In this document: positions 18,501-26,055 of the stretch, piece after piece
How positions within the stretch are numbered: position 1 is the first letter of the stretch
How the letters are laid out: each line of letters opens with the position of its first letter
Assembly (NCBI GenBank): GCA_002713165.1
Contig: PAVT01000010.1
Coordinates: 1 to 50,646 of the forward strand
DNA: 50,646 nucleotides
Source: Verrucomicrobiota bacterium
Lineage (GTDB): Bacteria; Bacteroidota; Bacteroidia; Flavobacteriales_E; Vicingaceae
Direction: 5' to 3'
The notes under the pieces: generated by a model
The model's input: only the letters and a program-made list of their open reading frames with translations
Databases searched by the model: none
What the model was told of the DNA's origin: nothing
Position numbers and translations under genes: made by a program

Positions 18501-18543
18501 GAGAAACGGTTATCAGTAGGAAGACAAACAGGAATTTATGCAT
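12574..18543 (-). CDS. Alpha-2-macroglobulin family protein (large, lipoprotein-like, thioester-less)
   Basis: MG-domain signature FTDRKLYRPGQTVHFKGIV. A2M domain YRSDFNETAFFFPMLRTDKEGKAELTFELPESIGKWKL. The thioester-region homolog LPYLSSPEHPSSEQ has Ser where the CxEQ Cys is expected. The start was moved to MHKFLFVFLLITVSLLNFNC (ATG at 18543). Confidence 0.85.
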   Translation of the reverse strand: MHKFLFVFLLITVSLLNFNCKSRSQVAETSADPEVNYEAMWDEVEEMEKKGLGKKIIEQTNLILEKAINENETNHIFKALSIRSKHLHSIEEASSYKIINSFEEKLDYAAAPLKQLLSSATAELYHQYLQQNRWKLNERSERAEHTDEDFRTWSAETLEKRIDLLYLMSVKDVETSIETPLKDYDYILNIPSTEVLPPKMYDYRPSLYDLLVDRALRHFELRSTNTFRPSITKTDVSKWFSPIEEYCTLPLGNDSSAFSLVASIYQSSICHHQARNETAAMVDFDLQRLNYFRRQVHHPSTDSIFLDALNKMKSTSPEEHQSEVNLAIAQFYFEMGQRYYFAKEDESHRWHLNKALKVCQEFLNDPLYGNNFQQINRAITQANVHLISESVYTEEESILYYVEYKNVKKLHFRLIKKPHELPNKTQLPHYDNLSKLLKIPALKVWTEQLPEETDHQTHATELFLKAQALGNYYLLVSTDETFKPEQSKIAFMHFQVSNLSYLSRQTRARNELEFHLLERKTGENLHNAKLELYRNVRDKNYTNSWIKEDSKTPNAKGMISLQAKERGAVRFFIHSAKDTLVDLSSHYLYPNNTPTNAQINSHLFTDRKLYRPGQTVHFKGIVTSTEKDNKKALANKDIKVGLYNKNGELVSSMELTTNAFGSYHGSFDLPLSGLNGNFRLQDNFSVANISVEAYKRPTFEVLFDSLDQSVHLNTLVNIRGRVQAFSGMPLNDCKLTYRIERRNIVYPVDWYYRSYFPPSKPIIVASGGITSDASGKFSFDFLPQGAKKKNQITPNSYSYTITIEATHLSGETQFGKKEMQLSDQALFLSMNLKQHTTLDELKALMISAKNIEGKAVNTKVKLELFALEAPQKAFKSKYWGTTDRKHIPKKQYAQFFPSFSQENIKGIEDYPKGTLIASSSVMTNQALDLFRQIKQGAYLLKVSAKDANGKLLELEKRILLHDLYSNKTALSSFFYLHPLQEQGDVGDTVSMLIGSSLNNIHLHCEVLLKNKVVESFPLLLNNEQKTLSFPIKEEYRGNFTVQFYGVYDNRTIHHQNIIKVPYTNKKLDVKVEEIEKEYGPGDKITWTVRIKDAKNRLRDTEILAGMYDKSLDKISPFKWSFSVFQERRTQLPWRWSDNFKSQHPSWYGGKTEAYTSPYVKTYPSLNWFGFHLGHYPMHYRSVQMMQADRGNLSNAPLQRKSEEFMAADDNAAVSKESPEAIHYRSDFNETAFFFPMLRTDKEGKAELTFELPESIGKWKLQLLAHSKDLSSALITKEIVSKKALSVQLNAPRFMRSGDTLHLNAVINNDTKAKLRATANIQFLDAHTETPLDILEATHRLKKVDVPAQQNKKVSWTIVVPEGMAHLMYRLSANATDVTDGEEGIIPILSNKSLVTESVPLNLNPEQSKKIVYSKFINSLKDATIKQKSYTLEFTSNPAWYAVQALPYLSSPEHPSSEQIFKQYFANKLARMLVEANPQIERIYAQWKSSNAEALQSKLQSNEELKSIHIQESPWQQKALSETAQKRRLAALFNSNQNDYLEKEALEKLSANQLPNGAWSWFKGMRPNRYITQDILSGLGQLVQLKVLNEKEPMIQDAISYLDDEMKTAYLKLKEKHRLEEHRLSGLEIQYLYCRSYFGETVVKHHEAFQFYIDKAQSQWVDANLQDKASIALSFKRLYGDADISHKILNSLIDHALLEEDNGMYWKANTAYSWKRSQIEVHALMIELFEQMNAQQEYIDGLKKWLLKNKQSHVWESNASTAAACYALLMNGDLLSTTSMSTIAVGGTIVSEDNDTEAGSGYLKKTWSAGEINARLGEVDIQHKGSTAAWGALHWQYEQASNLVEASAHGPLILEKSMYKVAVENNKEVLLPIVENQAQLGDRLRIQLRVKTDQDFEFVHLKDERAAAFEPTAVLSGHQWKEGLGYYFSTKDASTHFFIDYLPKGIYLLSYDVWLTQEGRFTSGLSSIQSQYAPEFNAHSAAPEIKVLAP

Positions 18544-18584
18544 ACAACGATTTTTGACGGCTTGATGCAAAGTTGATACCAAAG

Positions 18585-19244
18585 CTAGAGTGTTTTTTTG
18601 AAGAAGCTTTTGTCTTTGTCGTCAATTCCTCCCAATCCAATGTGAAAACGAATGGCCACAATGCGAATGGCAATAATCACAGAGGCAGTCACCACAACAT
18701 TCCAATGGAAGACCAAACCATTATTTTGAAGCAACAAAAAGAGGCAACCTCCGGCTAAGCAAGCCATGGCGTAAATTTCTTTGCGGAAGATGAGGGGGAT
18801 TTCATTGATGAGGATGTCACGTATGACACCACCCAATACAGCAGAGAACATGCCCATCATGACAGCCAAAACAGGGTCAATGCCCACAATCAAAGCCTTT
18901 TTCAATCCGAGTATAGTAAATACACTGATTCCGATGGTATCAAACAAAAAAAGTGTTTTTCGCAATCGTCGAACAATAGAAGTAAAAAGATAAGTGACTC
19001 CAACACCTGCTAAAATCGCATACAAATAATTCAAATCGAGCATCCAGCCCACAGGCAAACTTCCAATCAAAAGGTCTCTGATGGTGCCGCCACCCACTGC
19101 AGTAACGAATGCCAAAAATGAGGCTCCAAAAAGATCCAATCGCTTTGAAGAAGCCGCCATGGACCCACTCACTGCAAAGACGAAGGTTCCGATCAGGTCT
19201 AGTATTCCAAGCAGTTCTTCAATGCGAATATCGATACCTTCCAT
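18585..19244 (-). CDS. TRIC / UPF0126 (YadS-YicG type) membrane protein
   Basis: Two UPF0126 repeats: FVFAVSGSMAASSKRLDLFGA...AVGGGTIRDLL and ...SAVLGGVIRDIL. Confidence 0.8.
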   Translation of the reverse strand: MEGIDIRIEELLGILDLIGTFVFAVSGSMAASSKRLDLFGASFLAFVTAVGGGTIRDLLIGSLPVGWMLDLNYLYAILAGVGVTYLFTSIVRRLRKTLFLFDTIGISVFTILGLKKALIVGIDPVLAVMMGMFSAVLGGVIRDILINEIPLIFRKEIYAMACLAGGCLFLLLQNNGLVFHWNVVVTASVIIAIRIVAIRFHIGLGGIDDKDKSFFKKTL

Positions 19245-19374
19245 GGGTCAAAGATAAAAGCATTTGACGAGATGAATGAATTCATTTTACGGCCCATTTT
19301 GAACTGGCATATTAATTTCGATATTTGTAGGCAACTTCAAAAATCAGAGCAATTCATTGGGATTGCTCGTTTCT

Positions 19375-21786
19375 ATGTGGGATAAATTTTCAAGCTTCAT
19401 TCTAAGACTCCGTTATGTGATCATCATTTTATTGGTCATGCTGACAGCATTTTTTGGCTACCATACTAGAGATGTAAAAATGAGTTATAAGTTGGCTCAG
19501 GTTTTACCAGACACTGATTCCACCTTGATTGTCTTTGAACAATTTCAAGAAAAATTTGGACAGGAAGGCAGCATTATGGTCATTGCTGTACAGGACCAGG
19601 AGTTGTACCAACTTGAAAATTTCAATGCCTGGATTCGATTGTCTGATCGTCTAAGTGTCATCGAAGGAATCAATGAAGTTGTTTCTATGTCAAGCATCTA
19701 CGACCTTGTAAAGAAAACTGAGCCAAAAAGACTTGAGCCTGTTCGTTTAATTGATTCAGAATTGGACAGCCAAGTTGAATTAGACACCATTCTGCGACGG
19801 ATTTATGAATTGCCTTTTTATCGCGGTTTTATTTACAGCGCAGACACTTCAACCACGCTGATGGCTTTGACCCTAGATACGGAATGGTTGGATACCAAAG
19901 ATCGCAGTATCTTAATGGACGATTTGATGGCTCAAATCGAACAGTTTAAATCTGAAACGCAACTTAGGGTGCGTTATTCTGGTTTGCCCTATATACGATC
20001 AAACAACACTACCAAAGTAAGTGGAGAGATCAAATTGTTCATTCTCTTGGCCATTGCAGTGACCGCAACCATCTTATTGCTCTTTTTTAGGTCGTTTAAG
20101 TCAATGTTTTTCTCTATGATAGTAGTTATGATTGGGGTAGTCTGGTCTGTGGGGATACAGGCCATGTTTGGGTATACTGTCACCATTCTTACCTCTTTAA
20201 TTCCTCCATTGATTATCGTCATCGGCATTCCGAATTGTATCTTCATATTGAATAAATACCATAGAGAATATAAACATCATGGAAATCAAATATTGGCCTT
20301 AAGGCGTGTCATCCATAAAATTGGCAATGCCATCTTTCTCACCAATACAACTACTTCTCTTGGCTTTGGCACTTTTATTTTTACAGACAGTAGAATCTTA
20401 GTAGAATTTGGAATCGTGGCCACCTTTGGTATTGCTTCAGTATTCATTGTTTCAATTACGCTTTTGCCCATTATTTTGAGTTTTCAGAAGCCACCAACAA
20501 AGAGACACACGAAACATTTGGAGCGTCAGTGGGTACACATCGTGGTCAATCATCTTGTAACCATTGTCACCAACCACAGACTTGCGGTTTTCATCGTGTC
20601 GGCCATTATCTTAGGAGCATCGATTTTTGGAATTACCAAAATAAAAACGACAGGAAATATTGCAGACGATTTACCTCGTGAGGATCCCGTCTACCTTGAC
20701 CTTAAATTCTTTGAGGGCAATTTTCACGGGGTATTGCCTTTCGAGATTACCATTGACGCAAAGAAAAAAGGCAAAGCAACATCTTATTCCACTTTAAAAA
20801 GGATCGAAAGGCTACAAAATACCTTGGCAGAATACCCCGAATTCTCCAAACCTTTGTCAATCTTGGAGGGAGTCAAATTTGCCCGACAAGCATACTATGG
20901 TGGCAATCCTACCAAGTACGGATTGTACAACCCGCAAGAGAGCAGTTTTCTGGGGCCTTACCTTATTGGAAGAGGCAATGATGAACAGAAAACCAATCTC
21001 TTGCAATCTTATTTGGACACTAGTAAACAAGTGACAAGAGTTACAGCTCAGATTGCGGATGTAGGGTCAAAAAGAATGGAGGCCATCCTCAATGATTTGG
21101 AACCCAAAATTGATTCCATCTTCCCAGTGGAGAGCTATAATGTCACCTATACAGGTACCAGTGTGGTTTGGCTAAAAGGCACGGACTATTTAGTCAAGAA
21201 TCTCTTTCTCAGTTTAGGCATTGCCATCATCTTGATCGCAATCATTATGGCCTTTTTATTTTCATCTTTACGGATGGTTTTTGTGAGCCTCATTCCCAAC
21301 TTGATACCACTGCTTTTTACTGCCGCTATCATGGGTTACTTTGGCATATCCATCAAACCCTCAACCATTTTGATTTTTAGCATTGCTTTTGGAATTTCTG
21401 TTGATGATACAATACATTATCTGGCAAAATACAGACAAGAACTAAGCGTCCATTCACTGAACTTGAAAGAGGCATCAATTTTAGCACTCAAGGAAACCGG
21501 GGTAAGCATGATTTATACCTCCATTGTACTCTTCTTTGGGTTCGGGGTATTCACGGCTTCCGAATTTGGGGGCACGGTTGCTTTGGGTTTGCTCGTATCC
21601 ATCACTTTACTGGTGGCTATGGCCTCCAATTTGATATTGTTGCCTTCTTTGATACTGTCGTTCGACAATTGGTTGACTACCAAGGCGTTTAAAGAAGAAT
21701 CCTTTGTTGAGTTGATCGATGAGGAAGACGACATTGAGCTGGATGAGCTCGAGGTCAAGCCCATCAAAGAAACTGATAATCCTTAA
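19375..21786 (+). CDS. RND superfamily / MMPL-type exporter (12 TM, two large loops)
   Basis: About 803 aa from the first ATG (the track start at 19357 is a TTG). It has two 6-TM bundles, each preceded by a large soluble loop, which is the typical RND/SSD architecture. Confidence 0.75.
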   Translation: MWDKFSSFILRLRYVIIILLVMLTAFFGYHTRDVKMSYKLAQVLPDTDSTLIVFEQFQEKFGQEGSIMVIAVQDQELYQLENFNAWIRLSDRLSVIEGINEVVSMSSIYDLVKKTEPKRLEPVRLIDSELDSQVELDTILRRIYELPFYRGFIYSADTSTTLMALTLDTEWLDTKDRSILMDDLMAQIEQFKSETQLRVRYSGLPYIRSNNTTKVSGEIKLFILLAIAVTATILLLFFRSFKSMFFSMIVVMIGVVWSVGIQAMFGYTVTILTSLIPPLIIVIGIPNCIFILNKYHREYKHHGNQILALRRVIHKIGNAIFLTNTTTSLGFGTFIFTDSRILVEFGIVATFGIASVFIVSITLLPIILSFQKPPTKRHTKHLERQWVHIVVNHLVTIVTNHRLAVFIVSAIILGASIFGITKIKTTGNIADDLPREDPVYLDLKFFEGNFHGVLPFEITIDAKKKGKATSYSTLKRIERLQNTLAEYPEFSKPLSILEGVKFARQAYYGGNPTKYGLYNPQESSFLGPYLIGRGNDEQKTNLLQSYLDTSKQVTRVTAQIADVGSKRMEAILNDLEPKIDSIFPVESYNVTYTGTSVVWLKGTDYLVKNLFLSLGIAIILIAIIMAFLFSSLRMVFVSLIPNLIPLLFTAAIMGYFGISIKPSTILIFSIAFGISVDDTIHYLAKYRQELSVHSLNLKEASILALKETGVSMIYTSIVLFFGFGVFTASEFGGTVALGLLVSITLLVAMASNLILLPSLILSFDNWLTTKAFKEESFVELIDEEDDIELDELEVKPIKETDNP

Positions 21787-21809
21787 TTTCGACCCATAAT
21801 TCAACGTCC

Positions 21810-22664
21810 ATGAAAGGAATTATTTTAGCAGGGGGGTCTGGGACTAGATTGCATCCTTTAACCCTAGCAGTCAGTAAACAACTTATGCCTGTTTTTGACA
21901 AGCCGATGATTTATTATCCTTTATCAGTGTTAATGAACGCAGGCATTCGAGAAATATTGATCATCACTACACCTCATGACAATGAGAGTTTTAAACGCTT
22001 ATTGGGCGACGGCACTCAATTTGGATGTCGATTTGAGTATGCTGTGCAAGAGGTGCCCAATGGTCTTGCTCAGGCCTTTGTTATTGGGGAGGAATTTATA
22101 GGAAGAGAGAAAGTAGCGCTTATTCTTGGCGACAATATATTTTATGGCAGTAGCATGCCTCAATTATTGCAATCCAACAGTGATCCAGATGGAGGGGTCG
22201 TCTATGCCTACCATGTGTCAGATCCCGAGCGATACGGTGTAGTGGAGTTCAATGAAGATCAGGTAGCAGTATCCATCGAAGAAAAACCTGAACGCCCAAA
22301 ATCAAATTTTGCAGTCCCAGGTCTATATTTTTATGACAATGATGTGGTGGAAATAGCGAAGAATTTAGAGCCAAGTCCCAGAGGAGAATATGAGATTACG
22401 GATGTCAACAAAGAATATTTGAAGCGAGGGAAGCTTCAGGTGGCCATACTTGATAGAGGAACTGCGTGGTTAGATACAGGAACTTTTGAATCATTGATGC
22501 AGGCGAGTCAGTTCGTTCAAGTCATTGAAGAACGACAAGGATTAAAAATTGGCTGCTTGGAAGAAATCGCCTATAAAATGGGATTCATTGATAAAGCGCA
22601 ATTGGAAAAACTCGCAAAAAGCCTATTGAAAAGTGGATATGGGTCTTATTTACTTAAATTATAG
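21810..22664 (+). CDS. rfbA: Glucose-1-phosphate thymidylyltransferase
   Basis: [40 protein letters not shown], plus full-length similarity to RmlA. Confidence 0.93.
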   Translation: MKGIILAGGSGTRLHPLTLAVSKQLMPVFDKPMIYYPLSVLMNAGIREILIITTPHDNESFKRLLGDGTQFGCRFEYAVQEVPNGLAQAFVIGEEFIGREKVALILGDNIFYGSSMPQLLQSNSDPDGGVVYAYHVSDPERYGVVEFNEDQVAVSIEEKPERPKSNFAVPGLYFYDNDVVEIAKNLEPSPRGEYEITDVNKEYLKRGKLQVAILDRGTAWLDTGTFESLMQASQFVQVIEERQGLKIGCLEEIAYKMGFIDKAQLEKLAKSLLKSGYGSYLLKL

Positions 22665-22669
22665 AAAAG

Positions 22670-23605
22670 GTGGCAAAAAGAAACATTCTAATTACTGGAG
22701 GAGCAGGATTCGTAGGCAGTGCATTGGCTAGGCATCTCGCAGAGGACAAAGAAAACTTGGTTGTAATTGTAGACAATTTACTTACAGGAGATAAGCGGAG
22801 AGTCAAGGCAAATGACAATTTGAAATTTATTAAGGCGGACGTCAACCATTTTGTAGACATCTCAAGTATTTTTTACAGCTATACATTTGATTATGTTTTT
22901 CATTATGCAGCAGTGGTCGGAGTGAAAAGAACGTTGGAGAATCCCATTCAAGTGCTTGACGATTTAAAAGGAATGCGCAATGTGCTTGATTTGTGCAAGA
23001 ACACCGGTGTGAAACGGGTGTTTTTCTCCTCCTCTTCTGAGGTATATGGAGAGCCTGTGGAACTTCCCCAACATGAACATACAACACCCTTAAATTCTAG
23101 ATTGCCTTATGCCATTGTGAAAAATGCGGGGGAGGCATTTCTCAAATCTTACTACCAAGAATATGGGCTTGAGTACACAATTTTCAGATTTTTCAATACT
23201 TATGGACCTTTTCAGAGTAAGGATTTTGTCATCAGCAAATTCGTGGCTGCGGCTTTAAAGAACAAAGACATTACGATTTATGGAGACGGAATGCAAACAA
23301 GGACGTTTTGTTTCATTGAAGATAACGTACAAGCATGCGTCAATGCATTTCTTCAAGATGAGTGCATCAATGATGTTGTCAACATTGGCTCTGATGTTGA
23401 ATACACTGTAATTGATTTAGCCAAATTGATCATTGAGATTTCTGCTTCGACTTCTCAAATAAGACATTTGCCGCCTTTAAAAGAAGGTGACATGAGCAGG
23501 AGACAACCCGAAACTACTAAAATGCAGGCTCTAATAGGTCGTAAGCCAATTGACTTGAAGCAGGGCTTGTCAAATGTAATTTCAAACCCAGATTTTTTTA
23601 TTTGA
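22670..23605 (+). CDS. NAD-dependent epimerase/dehydratase (UDP-glucuronate decarboxylase-like SDR)
   Basis: GTG start. Rossmann motif ILITGGAGFVGS, then SSSEVYGEP...PQHE, YAIVK (YxxxK) and RFFNTYGP. Confidence 0.75.
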   Translation: MAKRNILITGGAGFVGSALARHLAEDKENLVVIVDNLLTGDKRRVKANDNLKFIKADVNHFVDISSIFYSYTFDYVFHYAAVVGVKRTLENPIQVLDDLKGMRNVLDLCKNTGVKRVFFSSSSEVYGEPVELPQHEHTTPLNSRLPYAIVKNAGEAFLKSYYQEYGLEYTIFRFFNTYGPFQSKDFVISKFVAAALKNKDITIYGDGMQTRTFCFIEDNVQACVNAFLQDECINDVVNIGSDVEYTVIDLAKLIIEISASTSQIRHLPPLKEGDMSRRQPETTKMQALIGRKPIDLKQGLSNVISNPDFFI

Positions 23606-23608
23606 TGC

Positions 23609-24586
23609 ATGGAAGATTGGCATGGCCTTGGCAGAGCATTCAATAAGTTTATCAATGAACACCCGGTTCCCGGTGAATTAAAGGGGCTTTATGAACCGAT
23701 CAATTATATCCTTAGACTAGGGGGTAAACGAATTCGGCCGGTATTGTGCCTAATGGCAAACGAACTTTTTGATGGCAATGAGCAGCAAGCCATGAAAGCC
23801 GCACTTGCGGTGGAGTATTTTCACAATTTCACACTGATTCACGACGACATTATGGATGAAGCACCGCTCCGAAGAGGACAAAAAACGGTGCATGAAAAAT
23901 GGGACAGAGATACCGCTATCTTGTCGGGTGACGCACTTTTTGTTAAAGTGTACCAAAAATTGGAAGACATTTCTTCTGTTCATCTCCCATTTGTCTTAAA
24001 GGTGTTTAATCAGACCGCAATTGAAGTGTGTGAGGGGCAGCAATTAGATATGGATTTTGAGGACATAGCGCCAGACAAGCTTAGCCTTGACAGATACATA
24101 GAAATGATTCGCCTGAAAACAGCGGTATTGTTAGGCTGCAGTTTAAAAATTGGAGCCATCCTAGCAAACGCTTCAGAAGAAGATACAGAGAACATCTACC
24201 AGTTTGGATTGAATTTAGGCATCGCTTTTCAAATCCAAGACGACTACTTGGATGCCTTTGCTAATTCAGAAGCCTTTGGAAAACAACTTGGAGGAGACAT
24301 TATTGCTAACAAAAAAACCTTCTTACTGCTCAAAGCCTACGAAAAGGCAAATGACGATGATCGTGAGCAACTGAACATGCTCTTGCAAAGTAGCGCAGAA
24401 AGCGATCTGAAAGTAGAACGGATGATGACCTTGTTTCAAAAACTTGACATTGAAAAAAGCACGAGAGAATGCATGCTAGCTTACCATACGCTAGCGCTGG
24501 AGGCCTTGGACCAAATTGATGCAACACAAGAGAAAAAGCAATCACTTCTTGACTTGGCAAAATCCCTCCTGGTGAGGGCAAATTAA
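23609..24586 (+). CDS. Polyprenyl diphosphate synthase (trans-isoprenyl synthase family)
   Basis: Both aspartate-rich motifs are present: LIHDDIMDE and QIQDDYLD. Confidence 0.88.
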   Translation: MEDWHGLGRAFNKFINEHPVPGELKGLYEPINYILRLGGKRIRPVLCLMANELFDGNEQQAMKAALAVEYFHNFTLIHDDIMDEAPLRRGQKTVHEKWDRDTAILSGDALFVKVYQKLEDISSVHLPFVLKVFNQTAIEVCEGQQLDMDFEDIAPDKLSLDRYIEMIRLKTAVLLGCSLKIGAILANASEEDTENIYQFGLNLGIAFQIQDDYLDAFANSEAFGKQLGGDIIANKKTFLLLKAYEKANDDDREQLNMLLQSSAESDLKVERMMTLFQKLDIEKSTRECMLAYHTLALEALDQIDATQEKKQSLLDLAKSLLVRAN

Positions 24587-25482
24587 TTGTAAAGGTCATT
24601 CAGTGCCTCATTCAGTGTCTCAAATTTAAAAATAAAGCCATTTTTCCGAATCTTATCCGAAGAAACTCGGCTTCCATTTAATACCAATTGAGCACGTTCC
24701 CCTAAAATTAATTTCAACACAAACGAAGGGACATTGGGCAAGAAAAGGGGCTTCCTTAAGATCCTTGCCAGTTGTTTTGTAAATCCACGGTTGTCGATGT
24801 GTTCTGGAGCAACACCGTTAAAAGTATTTTCCAGTTCTTGATGCATACAATGCATAAACATTCTGCACAAATCATCAAGATGAATCCATGGCATGTATTG
24901 AGTTCCATTACCTAGGGGTGCGCCAAATCCAAACTTTACGGCTTTTGCAATCTCTTTGAGTGCTCCACCTCGTTTTGAGAGCACTAGACCAATGCGTATT
25001 TTGGAAACCTTTATGCCTAAGGTCCTTAGTTTATCTACCTCTCGCTCCCAATTCACACATGTTTCTGCTAAAAATTCACTTCCAGGAGCATCACTTTCTA
25101 CGTAAATATTTTCAGAGGTCATTATGCCATAATAGCCAACTGCTGAGGCAGAGGTCAATCCTTTTGGTTTATCTTTCAATAGCTTTAGGGTCTTATACAG
25201 AAGTCTTGTGCTGTCAATGCGGCTAGCAGCAATCATGTCTTTGTAGGCTTTCGTCCAGGCCTTGTCAGCAACACCTGCCCCAGCAAGATGAAAAATGTAG
25301 TCCACATCCTTTAATTTTTCGGCATCTAGTGTTCCGTTTTGGGTGTCCCAAACGATTGTATTGTTGCTTGAATTCGATTGCGGACTTCTGCTTAGATGCC
25401 AAACATGATGTCCTTCTTCTTCGAGCATTGTGGTTAATCTGCTGCCAACAAGTCCTGTACCTCCGCTTATAAGTATTTTCAT
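24583..25482 (-). CDS. TIGR01777 / YfcH-type SDR family protein
   Basis: MKILISGGTGLVGSRL...GH.V..LSR, with the characteristic C-terminal extension. The start was set at the MKILISGG ATG. Confidence 0.75.
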   Translation of the reverse strand: MKILISGGTGLVGSRLTTMLEEEGHHVWHLSRSPQSNSSNNTIVWDTQNGTLDAEKLKDVDYIFHLAGAGVADKAWTKAYKDMIAASRIDSTRLLYKTLKLLKDKPKGLTSASAVGYYGIMTSENIYVESDAPGSEFLAETCVNWEREVDKLRTLGIKVSKIRIGLVLSKRGGALKEIAKAVKFGFGAPLGNGTQYMPWIHLDDLCRMFMHCMHQELENTFNGVAPEHIDNRGFTKQLARILRKPLFLPNVPSFVLKLILGERAQLVLNGSRVSSDKIRKNGFIFKFETLNEALNDLYN

Positions 25483-25556
25483 TTTTGATTGTTTGGCCAA
25501 AACCAAGATAAAGTAAACAGTTGAATCTTCAATAAGTTTGCACTAGAAAAGTAAAT

Positions 25557-25922
25557 ATGTCATTGCAGCATCTACCCTTCTTTCAAAATGCTTTGCCAGA
25601 CCGTCTAGACAAATTGGCATTGATGGAGCAATTGATTAGGCAATTGGAAAAGGATTTACGCCTAGAGCAGTTAGACCCTAATTTAAGCACTACATTGTCC
25701 TTAGCGCCTCTAAGTGAATGGTTAAAGGATTATGTACAGTTTCAGTTAGAGAATAAATCAGGAGACTTTTTTAACGCGCTTTATACAATTGACATTGAGG
25801 ACAGAATGCTAAAAATTGTGTTGGACAGTGATCGCCCCTACGAGAATTTGGCACAACTCATTCTCCAGAGAGAATTGTACAAAGTGATGATGCGTCAAAA
25901 ATTCAAATCAAAAGAGAAGTAA
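25557..25922 (+). CDS. Hypothetical protein (121 aa)
   Basis: Clean ATG-started ORF in an otherwise empty interval. No recognisable motif. Confidence 0.55.
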   Translation: MSLQHLPFFQNALPDRLDKLALMEQLIRQLEKDLRLEQLDPNLSTTLSLAPLSEWLKDYVQFQLENKSGDFFNALYTIDIEDRMLKIVLDSDRPYENLAQLILQRELYKVMMRQKFKSKEK

Positions 25923-26020
25923 TACAACAGCTCAATACTCGCACAAACAGACCATTTGATTGTTCTTTTTACCGAATAGAACTAAGCCATAACAAAAGTA
26001 AATTTTCTTTAGTATTTAGT

Positions 26021-26028
26021 TAACTTTG
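26021..26028 (+). promoter_or_regulatory. Candidate -7 box TAACTTTG upstream of sucA
   Basis: Matches TAnnTTTG, 27 nt upstream of the ATG at 26056. The -33 element is not obvious. Confidence 0.3.
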
Positions 26029-26055
26029 TTAGGCCTTACAGCACATTAAACTTAT

